From the NCBI GenBank assembly GCA_965219415.1, contig OZ244742.1:1536001-1600000 (forward strand): DNA of 64,000 nucleotides, read 5' to 3'. The notes under the pieces are model-generated. The model searched no databases. It saw nothing but the letters and a program-made list of their open reading frames with translations, and was not told the origin of the DNA. Both the position numbers and the translations under genes were made by a program. Numbering within the stretch: the first letter of the stretch is position 1; the number at the start of each line of letters is the position of its first letter. The stretch comes from Candidatus Marinacidobacterales bacterium (GTDB lineage Bacteria > Acidobacteriota > Vicinamibacteria > Marinacidobacterales > DATDRI01). Positions 19,919-30,093 of this stretch are shown here, in pieces.

Positions 19919-21400
19919 ATGGAAAACGAGTTCTCATTTCGGACGCGCAATCAAACCTTGAGAGACGCCGCCGCCGAAGAGCTCGATCTGGTTGTCATTG
20001 GGGGCGAGATCACCGGCGCCGGCATCGCATGGGATGCCGCCTCGCGTGGTATCCGGACCGCGGCTTTTGAGCGCTCAGACTTTGCGCACGCCACCAGTAG
20101 CAAGACCTCCAAGATGATCCACGGTGGGCTCCGTTATCTGCGCAACTTGGAGTTCTCATTGGTTCGTGAGTCCTTACGGGAGCGCAAGTTTCTACTCGAA
20201 AACGCTCGGGAGCTCGTGAGTTGGATGCCCCTGGTCATCCCGCTTTTTTCTCCATGGGACATGCTGAAATTCCGCACCGGCCTGGCGCTCTATGATGCCC
20301 TGGCTAACGAGCCGCGCCGAAAGCATCGCCGCCTGGAAAAAGAGCAGGTGGTGGCGAAATTTCCCTTTTTGGAAACACCCGAGTTGCGAGGCGGACTTCA
20401 GTATTGGGACGCCGTCATGGATGACAGCCGGCTGAACCTGGCGGTCATGGTTTCCGCCGCAAGAAGTGGGCCCTGACTGCGAATCACGCCGAGGTCGAGG
20501 ACTTCGTTTTCGCGGACGGTCGAGTGTCTGGAGTTCGCGTCCGCGACCGAATCAACGGCGAGAGCTTGGTGGTTCGAGCACGTCAGGTCGTCAATGCGAC
20601 GGGCCCCTGGGGCCAAACGCTCGACCAGAAGGCTGGATCGTCTGCTCCCATTCGGCTACGACCGAACCGGGGCGCTCACCTGATTGTATCGGCGCGCCGA
20701 CTTCCGACGGAGTCCGGGCTCGCAATGCCACTCCCCGGCGGACGACTTCTTTTCGTAGTCCCTTGGCAAGGAAGGGTCGTCTTGGGCACGACCGAGTCGG
20801 TGTTTGCTGGAGATCTGGATTGCGTCGCCACGGAGGGTGACGAAGTGGACTTTCTCCTGGAACTCGCGGGGCGTTTTTTTCCAAGGGTCTGTCTATCCCG
20901 GAGCGACATTCTCGCCAGTTTCGCCGGGGTACGGCCTTTGGTGGACGCTGGCAATCGATCCCTTTCCCGGACTAGCCGTGAGGCCAAGATCGTGACTTCC
21001 TCTTCAGGGCTGATCTCGGTGGCGGGAGGCAAATACACAACTTTTCGGCGGATGGCCGAGAGGGTCGTCGACCGCGTCGCCGAACACCTCCAACGAGATG
21101 GCAGACGATTGCACCCATGCCGTACGAAGGAGATGACACTCGACGGCGTACTTCCCCCGTCTCCTGATAAAATCCCGTCCGCGGAAGCCATTCGGCGAAG
21201 CATCCATCGGGAGATGACCATGACCCTGGGCGATCTCTTGATCCGCCGTACCAAGGCGGTTTTACTCGAGGAGGATCAAGGGCTAGGCTCGGCCGAGAAA
21301 ATCTCCCGCATCATGGCCGATGAGCTCGGTTGGACCGACGCAGAGCGCCAAGAACAGTTGTCGGCTTTTCGTGACGAGGTCTCGCACTGTTTCAAACGGG
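19919..21400 (+). pseudogene. glpD: FAD-dependent glycerol-3-phosphate dehydrogenase, frameshifted near 20470; 3' end approximate
   Basis: Motifs TSSKTSKMIHGGLRYL, DDSRL, VVNATGPW, FAGVRPL and GGKYTTFRRMAE. One missing G near 20468-20471 would restore GALTANHAEV. The FAD loop reads GGEITG instead of GGGITG. Confidence 0.82.
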
Positions 21401-21416
21401 GAGCTTTTATGATTCG

Positions 21417-21683
21417 ATGGATGACTACGAAAGGGCCTGGGACGTTTCGCCTCTCAAGTAGGTCAAGAGCTGCAAGACACCCACGCTCTTCATCAGCGGT
21501 GCATGGGATTACATCACCCCCGTCTACCAGGCAGAGGAAATGTTCATCGCCCTGAAATCCTTAGGCGTTGACGCGGCTCATGCGTCCTATCCGAACGAGG
21601 ACCATGGAGTTCGAAACCAACCCCGGCACACGCATGACTACTACCAGAGAACGGTCGCTTGGTTCGATAAGTACTTGAAGTAG
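21417..21683 (+). pseudogene. C-terminal remnant of an S9 (prolyl oligopeptidase family) peptidase
   Basis: Manual translation SPLK*VKSCKTPTLFISGAWDYITP...YPNEDHGV...WFDKYLK with an in-frame TAG at 21459-21461. Not in the ORF track. Confidence 0.75.
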
Positions 21684-22695
21684 TTCAACCCTGGTACTTG
21701 CTTCTCGATGTTCGGAATCAAGTACTCATTGAAAGAGCGGTCGAGATCGAACACCGGCTCCCAACCCCAGTCCCTTCGCGCCGCAGTGTCGTCGAGATCG
21801 GCAGGCCAGGTGTCGATGATCGCCTGGCGCTTCTCGTCCACTTCAAAGTTGATCCGGGCATCCGGAAACGCCTCGAGAACAAGGGCGCGTATCTCCTCGG
21901 CGGAGAGGCTGAAGCTCGTGACGTTGTAGACCAAACGGCGGAGGGAATCGCGGGGTGCTTGCGCCAAATGAAGCAGAGCCTGCACGGCGTCGGGCATTAT
22001 CAAAAAAGGGATGCGTGCATCGGGACGCACGAAGCACTCGTAGTGCTCTTTTTTTGCCGCGGCACATTAGTGCGTTTACACTCCCGAGTGGCGGGACCAG
22101 CGACTAGGCTCCGGAGATGGAGTCCCGGAAAACGCACACCGCGAAAGTCCACCATCACCGGCTGCTCGGCTGCCAATTGTTTGTAGTTCTGGCAGAAATA
22201 GCTTCCCAACATTTCGCAGTAGAGCTTGTTGCACCCGTACATCGTCGTCGGAGAGTTCCACTCCCACTCGCGCACTCGGGCATAGCGGTCCTTCGACTCC
22301 CGATCGGGCATACCATAGGCAGCGATCGAACTCGGGAAGATGAACTGCACCGGCCGACCCCGCCACTGCGACTGCTCCGAGGCAAGTTTCAAGAGCTCCA
22401 GCATTCCCTCCACATTCACACGGTGCGCCCTTTCGGGGCTGAACTCGGCGCGAGTCGAGAGCAAGGCGGCGAGATGATAGATGGTGTCGATCTCGTATTC
22501 AGAGCCACCAGTCGGTCCAACAAGGCCCTATCGAGGATGTCGCCTTGGATATGCGTAACATCGCCCATATCACTCGGGAGCGTTGATAAATCCAGAGTGA
22601 CCAAGCGGAGGCTCTTGGACTTCGAGAGTTTCCTTGATGAGCGCCTGGCCCACTTCGCCGGCCGCACCGGTGATCAAAACGATCTTCTTTCGCAT
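21684..22695 (-). pseudogene. NAD-dependent epimerase/dehydratase (L-threonine dehydrogenase-like extended SDR) with several frameshifts
   Basis: MRKKIVLITGAAGEVG, PSSIAAYG, TMYGCNKLYCE, DFRGVRFPG and DTWPADLDDTAARRDWGW fall in different frames. Confidence 0.82.
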
Positions 22696-22813
22696 GCTCC
22701 TAACGCCTTTTCATCGAGCGACCGATCGTAGTCCCTCCCCCGCAACCAAGCAACCTTCCAGCCCATCTGAATTGAGGCACCCCGACCCACATGTTAGGAT
22801 GAGCCGCCCGAAA

Positions 22814-23410
22814 ATGAGTAAGGCTCCCACCCGTCGGCCAGGAACCCCCACGCTGCGTTTTCACCCGCTCACCCTCGAAAGATGGCCGGACCTCGAAACT
22901 CTTTTCGGTAAGCGCGGAGCCTGCGGTGGCTGCTGGTGCATGTACTGGATCCGAAAACGTTCGGTGTTCGAAAAACAGAAGGGCTCGGGAAACAAAAAGA
23001 ACCTCAAGAGAATGGTCGCCGCCTGTGAAACGCTCGGTCTCATCGGGTATGCCGGGAGCGAACCCATAGGGTGGTGCGCTCTCGGCCCGCGAGATCGCTA
23101 CTCGGTTCTCGAGCGGTCCCGAATCCTGAGTCCGGTTGACGATAAGCCTGTTTGGTCGGTGGTCTGTTTTTTCGTGGCGAAACCGTTTCGACGGTCGGGC
23201 GTCACCGTCGCTCTACTCGATGCGGCCGTCCAATACGCCAAGAAACACCGCGTTCGCATTCTAGAGGGCTACCCCGTCGAGCCCAAGAAAGACCCGATGC
23301 CGGCGGCTTTCGCATGGACCGGACTTGCAGCGGCCTTCCGAAAAGCCGGCTTCACCGAGGTACTAAGACGCTCGGAGACACGCCCTATCATGAGGTACGA
23401 GATTCGTTGA
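22814..23410 (+). CDS. GNAT family N-acetyltransferase
   Basis: Motifs CGGCWCMYW, VVCFFVAKPFRRSGV, LEGYPV and FRKAGF. Confidence 0.88.
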   Translation: MSKAPTRRPGTPTLRFHPLTLERWPDLETLFGKRGACGGCWCMYWIRKRSVFEKQKGSGNKKNLKRMVAACETLGLIGYAGSEPIGWCALGPRDRYSVLERSRILSPVDDKPVWSVVCFFVAKPFRRSGVTVALLDAAVQYAKKHRVRILEGYPVEPKKDPMPAAFAWTGLAAAFRKAGFTEVLRRSETRPIMRYEIR

Positions 23411-23421
23411 ATGGAGAGAAG

Positions 23422-23943
23422 ATGAAACTCTGCCACCATGTCCGCCCCCTTTTCCTTTCTTCCTTAGTTTGGATCGCTGCACCCGGCTTGGGCTTTTCCG
23501 AGAGGCCGGCGCTGGACACTCTCGACTCCTACGTCGGGGAAGCGATGAGTACGTGGGACGTGCCCGGGCTCAGCCTTGCGATCGTAAAGGATGGCGAGGT
23601 TATCCTCGCCAAGGGATACGGCCTCCGTGAGCTGGGAAAGATGGACCAGGTCGACGGCATGACGATTTTCAGTATCGGCTCTTGCAGTAAAGCATTTGGA
23701 GCCACCGCCGTCGCCCTCCTCGTCGAGGACGGCTTGATGGCAGAACTGACAGCGCGAGAGGGGCCGATCGTTTTCCAGCTCGAACACTGGCACATCGATC
23801 AATTCACCGCGACGTGGTGGGACGTGAAGTTCTTCTTCTCTTTCGTGATCAACGAGCTGGGCGCGGTGACCGAGCTAAAGCTGAGCCACTATGGAACATT
23901 CCAGAGAGTATCGGAAAAGCCGTACGAGGAAGTTGCGCGATAA
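23422..23943 (+). pseudogene. Serine hydrolase (beta-lactamase family) with a large in-frame internal deletion
   Basis: Signal peptide plus VPGLSLAIVKDG...FSIGSCSKAF (SxxK) joined directly to a DUF3471-like LEHWH C-terminus. Only 173 aa, and the YxN and HxG motifs are absent. Confidence 0.72.
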
Positions 23944-24003
23944 GTTGGATTGTTGGTCCGAACGTCACGGGGTTGGAACTAGCCAGCGGCGGGTGATGCT
24001 GAT

Positions 24004-24390
24004 TCAGACCTCTTCGTCTTCATCCATCACCTCATCTTCGTCGTCGTCGAAGTCGTCCTCGTCCTCTGTCTGTTCCTCTGCGTCTTCCCCGAAGTCCTCT
24101 TCTTCCTCTTCATCCTCGTCGACGAAGTCATCGTAGTCCTCTGCTTCGCCATCCCCGCCCTCTCCATCGAGCACTCTGAGAAGTGGAAGGAGTGCCTCGG
24201 ACCTGCCGGGCCTGTCAGGACGGTCGGGCTCCCCGAACAAGTCTTGAACCCGCCTGGCGTACGCTCCCCCCCAACTATTGATCAGCAAAGACGCCACCCC
24301 TTTTAAAGACGCGCGTATTATAGCTACCGTGCTTAGGGCCATCAAGACTTCGAAGATCGCCCCTATGTTATTATCCCTCCCCGCGTCCAT
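24004..24390 (-). CDS. Hypothetical protein or remnant with a highly acidic tail (start uncertain)
   Basis: A tract of about 45 Asp/Glu-rich residues ending at a stop. The N-terminal part is not convincing. Confidence 0.4.
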   Translation of the reverse strand: MDAGRDNNIGAIFEVLMALSTVAIIRASLKGVASLLINSWGGAYARRVQDLFGEPDRPDRPGRSEALLPLLRVLDGEGGDGEAEDYDDFVDEDEEEEEDFGEDAEEQTEDEDDFDDDEDEVMDEDEEV

Positions 24391-24404
24391 GGGAGAGAAG
24401 AGTA

Positions 24405-25757
24405 ATGAGCGCGATTCTAGTCAAGACCAACATTCCCGGCCCTCGCTCGAAGACACTTCATCGCCAGAGAGAAAAGGCCGTCCCGCGCGGGCCATTCAAC
24501 GTCACGCCGGTCTATGTGGCCCAAGCCGAAGGGGCTTTGCTAGAGGATGTCGACGGTAACCGCCTGATCGACTTCGCGGGTGGGATCGGGGTACTCAACG
24601 TCGGGCACCGTGCCCCCGAGGTTGTAGCGGCGGTCCACGATCAGGTCGATCGGTTCACTCATGCTTGTTTCCACGTGACTCCGTATGAGGTCTACCTCCG
24701 CCTCGCGGAACGCCTCAACCAGCTCGCTCCCATCGACGGGGAGACGAAGACCTTCCTCACCAACAGCGGTGCCGAGGGGATCGAGAACGCCGTCAAGATC
24801 GCCCGCGCCCACACTGGTCGGCCAGCGATCCTCTGTTTCGAAGACGGCTTTCACGGCCGCACCCTGCTGGCACTGTCCCTCACAAGCAAGATCACTCCCT
24901 ACAAGGCGGGAATGGGCCCGTTCGCACCGGAGGTCTACCGCGTTCCCTACGCCTATTGCTTCCGCTGTTCGTACAATCTCTCCTACCCATCTTGCGATAT
25001 CTTTTGTGCCTCTCATTTGGAGGATGCGTTCCGGCGCCACGTCCAGCCGGAGTCGATCGCCGCGGTTGTGGTGGAACCGGTTCTCGGCGAGGGCGGCTTC
25101 GTGGTGCCACCCTCCGAATACTTTCAAGTTCTCCAGGAAGTGTGCCGCAAGCATGGAATCTTGATGATAGCGGACGAGGTTCAGACCGGAATGGGTCGCA
25201 CCGGACGCCTGTTCGCCAGCGAGCACTTCGGTCTGCGACCCGATCTTCTCGTCTCCTCGAAGTCCCTTGCAGGCGGACTCCCCCTCGCCGCGGTCATTGG
25301 CAAGGCCGGCATCATGGACGCCCCCGAGGTCGGAGCCTTAGGAGGCACTTTCGGAGGGAATCCGCTTTCTTGTGCCGCGGCACTCGCGGTGCTGGACATC
25401 ATGGAGAAGGGCGACCTCCTCCAGCGGTCGAACGAGATCGGAGAACGTGTCCGGAACCGAGCGAAAAAGTGGAAGGAGCGATTCCGCCTCGTTGGCGACG
25501 TACGGACGCTCGGTGCGATGGCCGGAGTCGAGCTCGTCACCGACCGTGAAAGCAAGTCGCCCGCCAAGGAGGCCACGCAACGAGTGGCCCAGTTGGCCCT
25601 CGAGCACGGGTTGATCACCATTACCGCCGGCACCTATGGAAACGTCATCCGGACGCTCATGCCACTCGTCATTCGAGACGAAGAGCTCGAGGAAGGACTC
25701 GATGTACTAGAGGACGCGCTCGCAGAAGTAGACCGAGAACACGAAAGCGCCCACTAG
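24405..25757 (+). CDS. gabT: 4-aminobutyrate--2-oxoglutarate transaminase
   Basis: Motifs IDFAGGIGVLNVGH, NSGAEGIENAVKIAR, EPVLGEGGF, DEVQTGMGRTG, KSLAGG and GGTFGGNP. Confidence 0.93.
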   Translation: MSAILVKTNIPGPRSKTLHRQREKAVPRGPFNVTPVYVAQAEGALLEDVDGNRLIDFAGGIGVLNVGHRAPEVVAAVHDQVDRFTHACFHVTPYEVYLRLAERLNQLAPIDGETKTFLTNSGAEGIENAVKIARAHTGRPAILCFEDGFHGRTLLALSLTSKITPYKAGMGPFAPEVYRVPYAYCFRCSYNLSYPSCDIFCASHLEDAFRRHVQPESIAAVVVEPVLGEGGFVVPPSEYFQVLQEVCRKHGILMIADEVQTGMGRTGRLFASEHFGLRPDLLVSSKSLAGGLPLAAVIGKAGIMDAPEVGALGGTFGGNPLSCAAALAVLDIMEKGDLLQRSNEIGERVRNRAKKWKERFRLVGDVRTLGAMAGVELVTDRESKSPAKEATQRVAQLALEHGLITITAGTYGNVIRTLMPLVIRDEELEEGLDVLEDALAEVDREHESAH

Positions 25758-25795
25758 AATCTGCCGGCCCACGTGAGTTGGCGACAGCGGGCTTG

Positions 25796-25855
25796 CCCCG
25801 CCGAAGCTTCGCGGAGGGCGGAAGCTTTAGCGAAGAACGGCGAGCGAAGGCGGGG
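25796..25855. repeat. REP-like palindromic element between convergent genes
   Basis: CCCCGCC...GGCGGGG arms enclosing repeated GAAGCTT/GCGAAG modules. Confidence 0.55.
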
Positions 25856-25856
25856 A

Positions 25857-27116
25857 CTACTCGTAAAGCAAGTAGCGAGATCGGATCTCGCGGAACCGCT
25901 CGACCTCAGGCTCCATCGAGGTGAGAATCTCAGTCACCGAGTCTCCCCGGTCCAAACGCTCGCGGGGCATCGAGCTCCCTAGCAGTCGGTCGATCCAGTA
26001 AACACCGGCACGACTCTCCCAACGGAACTGCTCGGAGTAGAGTTGTTTCAAGACGGCGATGGCCGAGAGTCCGGTCCGCACTGCTTGAAAACGAGCCGGG
26101 TCATGGATCTTCAACCGGAATCCGTGGCAAGTCTCATCGGGATAAATGGGATGGAGCGATTCCGGAATCACGCGCGGCCGAAACGAGTCGACCAGAAACT
26201 CGACTCCCGGAAGCGCGGACCGGCCGAGCTCGGCGACCAGTCTTTCGCTCTCTATCCAAGGCGCTCCGGCTAGAAAGAAAGTCTCGTGCGTTCCTCGCCC
26301 ATCCGAAACGTTGACCCCTTCCAGCAGACCCATGGCGGGATAGGCAATGGTGGTGGCGGCGGTGCGGATGTTCGGCGATGTCGCTCTCCACGGCAACCCG
26401 GTCTCACCCCAGGACATGTCCCGCCTCCAACCTCGTGCGCGAACGACTCGGAGGCGCACTCGCCTCCCTCCTTCGAGAAAACCTTCTCCGTTGAACAGAC
26501 TCGCCAACTCACCCACCGTCATGCCGTGGACGAGAGCAATGGGAGCGATCCCAACGAAAGACGCGTGCCGGGGTTCGAGAACCGGTCCCTCCACCCGCGT
26601 TCCAGTATTCGGATTAGGGCGGTCGAGTACGACCACTTCGATCCCGGCTTCTGCCGCTGCGTCCATCGCCAATTTGAGCGTGCTGATGTACGTGTAGAAC
26701 CTTGCTCCCACGTCCTGGATATCGAATACCAGACTGTCGAGCCCTTCGAGCATCTCGCGAGTCGGCTTGCGCGATGCCCCGTAGAGGCTAAAGACGGGAA
26801 TGCCTTTCTCTGATTTACGGAAGCCCACCTTCTCCCCGGCGGCAACGGTACCGTCCAGACCGTGCTCGGGCGAAAAAATGGCCCGTAGCGGAAGTCCGAG
26901 CTCTAGGAGTACTTCTGCCGCCGGTGTTCCATCAATCGTCTTGCCCGTTTGGTTGGTGATAAGACCGATCGAATCATTGCGTAGTCCCTCTTCCAATTCC
27001 CTCAATACGTCCAGCCCCGGCGAGACCTTTGGTTTCGGGGACGAAGAAACCGCGGCCGTCGTAACGAGCAAGAGGAGGAACGGCCCAGACAATCTCAAAC
27101 GGCTCACCGGGCTCAC
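25857..27116 (-). CDS. namZ: Exo-beta-N-acetylmuramidase NamZ (DUF1343/YbbC)
   Basis: Motifs GLITNQTG, FSPEHGL, FDIQDVGARFYTY, LDRPNP, HGMTVGELA and TSPN. Confidence 0.92.
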   Translation of the reverse strand: MSPVSRLRLSGPFLLLLVTTAAVSSSPKPKVSPGLDVLRELEEGLRNDSIGLITNQTGKTIDGTPAAEVLLELGLPLRAIFSPEHGLDGTVAAGEKVGFRKSEKGIPVFSLYGASRKPTREMLEGLDSLVFDIQDVGARFYTYISTLKLAMDAAAEAGIEVVVLDRPNPNTGTRVEGPVLEPRHASFVGIAPIALVHGMTVGELASLFNGEGFLEGGRRVRLRVVRARGWRRDMSWGETGLPWRATSPNIRTAATTIAYPAMGLLEGVNVSDGRGTHETFFLAGAPWIESERLVAELGRSALPGVEFLVDSFRPRVIPESLHPIYPDETCHGFRLKIHDPARFQAVRTGLSAIAVLKQLYSEQFRWESRAGVYWIDRLLGSSMPRERLDRGDSVTEILTSMEPEVERFREIRSRYLLYE

Positions 27117-30016
27117 TACGGTCGGGGCTGCGGTACGTCGGTGAGTGCCTCCATGATCGCGTCATGGAAGGCGGGGCGAACCTCGCGAATTCGGGTGTTG
27201 TCCCGACTCGGATGCACGCGGTTCGTCAAGAGGACGACGAAGAGCTTTTGTTCGGGGTCGATCCAAAGAGAGGTTCCCGTAAAACCGTATTCTCCGAACG
27301 AGGACGGAGAGAAGTAACGGCCGGTGGAGCTAGCCTTTGGTGGAAGGGACGGCGTGTCCCAACCCAAGGCGCGACTACTACCCGGGACCAGGTCGGCCCG
27401 TCGGGTGAACCGCTCGATGGTGGAACGCTTCACGACACGTTGCCCATCATAGACTCCGCCGTTCAGCATCATTTGGGCGAAGACGGCCATATCGTGTGCC
27501 GTGGAGAACAAACCCGCGTGGGGTGCGACACCCCCGAGCGCAAACGCATTCTCGTCGTGAACCTCGCCGGTCACGATTCTTCCGCGCCAAGGATCATCTT
27601 CAGTAGGAGCGATACGCGGCCCGAGGGACACTGGCGGATTGAACCACGTATTCACCATTCCAAGCGGCTCGAATATGGCGTCCGTCGCCATCTCGTCCAA
27701 TCCCTGCCCCGAGACTCGCTCGATAATCTCTCCTAATAGAATGAAGCCGAGATCCGAGTAGACCGATTTGGATCGAGACGCGTAATCGAGCGGGAGTCTA
27801 GAGATTTCCTCCACGTAGCGTCTCTTCACGTCGACCGCCGAGCCTTCGCGGAGAGTCTTGTAGTAATCCTTCCACCAAAGAATCCCGCTCGAATGTGCGA
27901 GAAGGTCGGCGACGGTAATCACGTCCTTGCCTTCGCCTACTAGTTCGGGCAGGTATTCTCGGAGGGTCGCTTCGAGTCTCAGCTCCTCTCTCTCGAAGAG
28001 GATCATCGCCAGGGTTGAGGTGACAACAACCTTGGTCAACGACGCGACGTCGTAGATCGTGTCCATCGTCACCGGCGGGGCATCCTTCGCGTAGCTTTGC
28101 CGACCGAAGGCACGTTGCATGGCGAGCTTGCCCTCCCGACCCACAATCACCACGCCGCCGGGGAAGGCTTTCGATTTCGACGCGTCATCTAGGAGACCGG
28201 CGGCGCCCCGCAGCCGACCCTCGGAAAAGCCGGCGTCCTTGGGGGATTCGATTTCGTCCAGCTCCATCTTTTTTCGCTCGAATGAAATGCCGTGACCAAC
28301 AGGATACTTCTCGGAGAGCCGCACGGGAAGTGTCCCCCCGATATCGATCTCACCGTAAACCGCCTTGGCAATCGCGCGCTGCGACGGCATGGAAAAATCA
28401 TAAGCGGTGACAGCGGCCGAAACATGCGGAAGGTCAACGATCGTGTACGGATCGCCCATCGCCGCTACCACGACCTTCCGTCCGCCTTTTACCAGCCCAT
28501 CGAGCGCATCCCAAAGCTCCCACGGAACGGCAGGCTGATCATTTGGTCGGCGAGACCTGACGAAACTCGCGAACACCACGACGTCGGCATTGTTCGCCAG
28601 CTTCGTCAACTCCTCGGTCCTCGCGGAAGCGTTCTCGGGTGTCAAGGTCAAGAACACGACATCCTCGGATCTCGCTTCGAGTTCATCCTTCAATGGCGCA
28701 TCCAGCAGAGGGCCACGTCGGTCCCGTTCGTAGATATAGCTGACCACGAGGACGCGGGAGGTGTCGGCGAAAGGCAGCACATCGACCTCGTGCTCGAGCA
28801 TTGTGATCGAGCGGTCGGCGATTTCTTGGACCCGCTGCTCGAAACGGGGATCGGCGACAGAACGAGGGATGTTTCGCAGATCCACGGTTCGCGGACGCTG
28901 AAGGTTGAGGCGCGACTTGGCCTGCAGAATGCGTCTCACCGATTGATCTATTCTCTTTTCTGAGAGCTCGCCGCGACCGACGGCTCGTGTCACCGCGTCC
29001 CAGGCCGTCAGCGGATCGGGCGGTACGAGAAGGACGTCGCATCCCGCCTTGACCGCTGCGATCGCCACCGCGCCCCCCCAAGAATCACCGCGCGCTCCTC
29101 CCATATCGAGGGCGTCGCTCACGATCAAACCCTTGAATTGCATCTCTTCGCGCAACACCCCTTGCAGGATCTCGGGGGAAAAAGTTGTAGGGCGATCGTC
29201 CCGCCCGTCGAGGGACGGAACTGCTATGTGCGCGGTCATGAAAGCGGCAACGTCCGCTCCGATGGCGGCCCGGAAGGGCTCGAGCTCTACTTTCTCCAGG
29301 CGAGTCCGCTCCAAACGAAGCACTGGGAGCCTTCGGTGCGAATCGACAGCTGTGGCTCCATGCCCCGGGAAGTGCTTGGCGGTCGCAAGGAGCCCCCTCT
29401 CTTGAGCACGGGCGATGAACGCCGCTCCAAGACGACCCACTCGTTCCGGATCCTCACCATAGGATCGCGTGTTAATGACCGAATTGGCCGGATTCACGTT
29501 GAGGTCCAGCACTGGTGAAAGGGTTAGATGAATACCCATCGCGCGGGCCTCCCGAGCGGTTACTTCCGCCTGAAAGCGAACATCGTCTTCACTCCCGCCC
29601 GCGCCGATCGCCATGGCGCTCGGGAACCGGGTGGCGCCTCGAACCCGAAAGGCGGCTCCCCACTCGTAGTCCGAAGCCATCAACAGTGGCACTGCCGCAA
29701 CCGTCTGCAAGCGATTCGCGATGACCGCGGTGGCCAGAGGATCACCTTGAAAGAAAACCACTCCGCCGATCCGACCCGCTGCGGCTGAGTGTTCCAAAGC
29801 TCGCAACTCCGGGGCGTCCTTATGCACGAAGAAACCGTCTGCCCGAGCTAGGATCATCTGACCAACCTTCTCGCCAAGGCTTAGAGAGGCCAGTGTTTCG
29901 CTCGCCCACCGATCTCGTATGTTTGGCGGCGGTGGAGTGGTCGACCGCACGCACGACACCATGACCAGCGCTAAGCCGATTGCGAACCGGAGTCTGGGGC
30001 GCCCAGGGTCCACCAA
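27116..30016 (-). CDS. GH3 beta-N-acetylglucosaminidase (NagZ) fused to a C-terminal beta-lactamase-fold (AmiE-like) domain
   Basis: KHFPGHG-x4-DSH NagZ signature and SDALDM. C-terminal ASLTK, YSDLGF, GEVHDENA, HAGLFST and LLTNRVHP. Confidence 0.92.
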   Translation of the reverse strand: MVDPGRPRLRFAIGLALVMVSCVRSTTPPPPNIRDRWASETLASLSLGEKVGQMILARADGFFVHKDAPELRALEHSAAAGRIGGVVFFQGDPLATAVIANRLQTVAAVPLLMASDYEWGAAFRVRGATRFPSAMAIGAGGSEDDVRFQAEVTAREARAMGIHLTLSPVLDLNVNPANSVINTRSYGEDPERVGRLGAAFIARAQERGLLATAKHFPGHGATAVDSHRRLPVLRLERTRLEKVELEPFRAAIGADVAAFMTAHIAVPSLDGRDDRPTTFSPEILQGVLREEMQFKGLIVSDALDMGGARGDSWGGAVAIAAVKAGCDVLLVPPDPLTAWDAVTRAVGRGELSEKRIDQSVRRILQAKSRLNLQRPRTVDLRNIPRSVADPRFEQRVQEIADRSITMLEHEVDVLPFADTSRVLVVSYIYERDRRGPLLDAPLKDELEARSEDVVFLTLTPENASARTEELTKLANNADVVVFASFVRSRRPNDQPAVPWELWDALDGLVKGGRKVVVAAMGDPYTIVDLPHVSAAVTAYDFSMPSQRAIAKAVYGEIDIGGTLPVRLSEKYPVGHGISFERKKMELDEIESPKDAGFSEGRLRGAAGLLDDASKSKAFPGGVVIVGREGKLAMQRAFGRQSYAKDAPPVTMDTIYDVASLTKVVVTSTLAMILFEREELRLEATLREYLPELVGEGKDVITVADLLAHSSGILWWKDYYKTLREGSAVDVKRRYVEEISRLPLDYASRSKSVYSDLGFILLGEIIERVSGQGLDEMATDAIFEPLGMVNTWFNPPVSLGPRIAPTEDDPWRGRIVTGEVHDENAFALGGVAPHAGLFSTAHDMAVFAQMMLNGGVYDGQRVVKRSTIERFTRRADLVPGSSRALGWDTPSLPPKASSTGRYFSPSSFGEYGFTGTSLWIDPEQKLFVVLLTNRVHPSRDNTRIREVRPAFHDAIMEALTDVPQPRP

Positions 30017-30093
30017 CGCATCTTACTACCGGTCCTTGCTTGGGAGCGCCTCCCCTTTCGGCGTCCAGTCAGCTCCGAGGTATACTGCGGGTT

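Noticed and set aside
20466-20476. TGA ending the first glpD ORF as a possible selenocysteine codon
   Set aside because: Homology continues in a different frame, so it is a one-base frameshift, and no Cys is expected there.
21459-21461. In-frame TAG as possible pyrrolysine or readthrough
   Set aside because: It falls where Tyr (TAC/TAT) is expected, in an already truncated fragment. A nonsense change or error is simpler.
24004-24140. Low-complexity TCN-rich tract and poly-Ser ORF on the plus strand
   Set aside because: It is the antisense of an Asp/Glu-coding tract.
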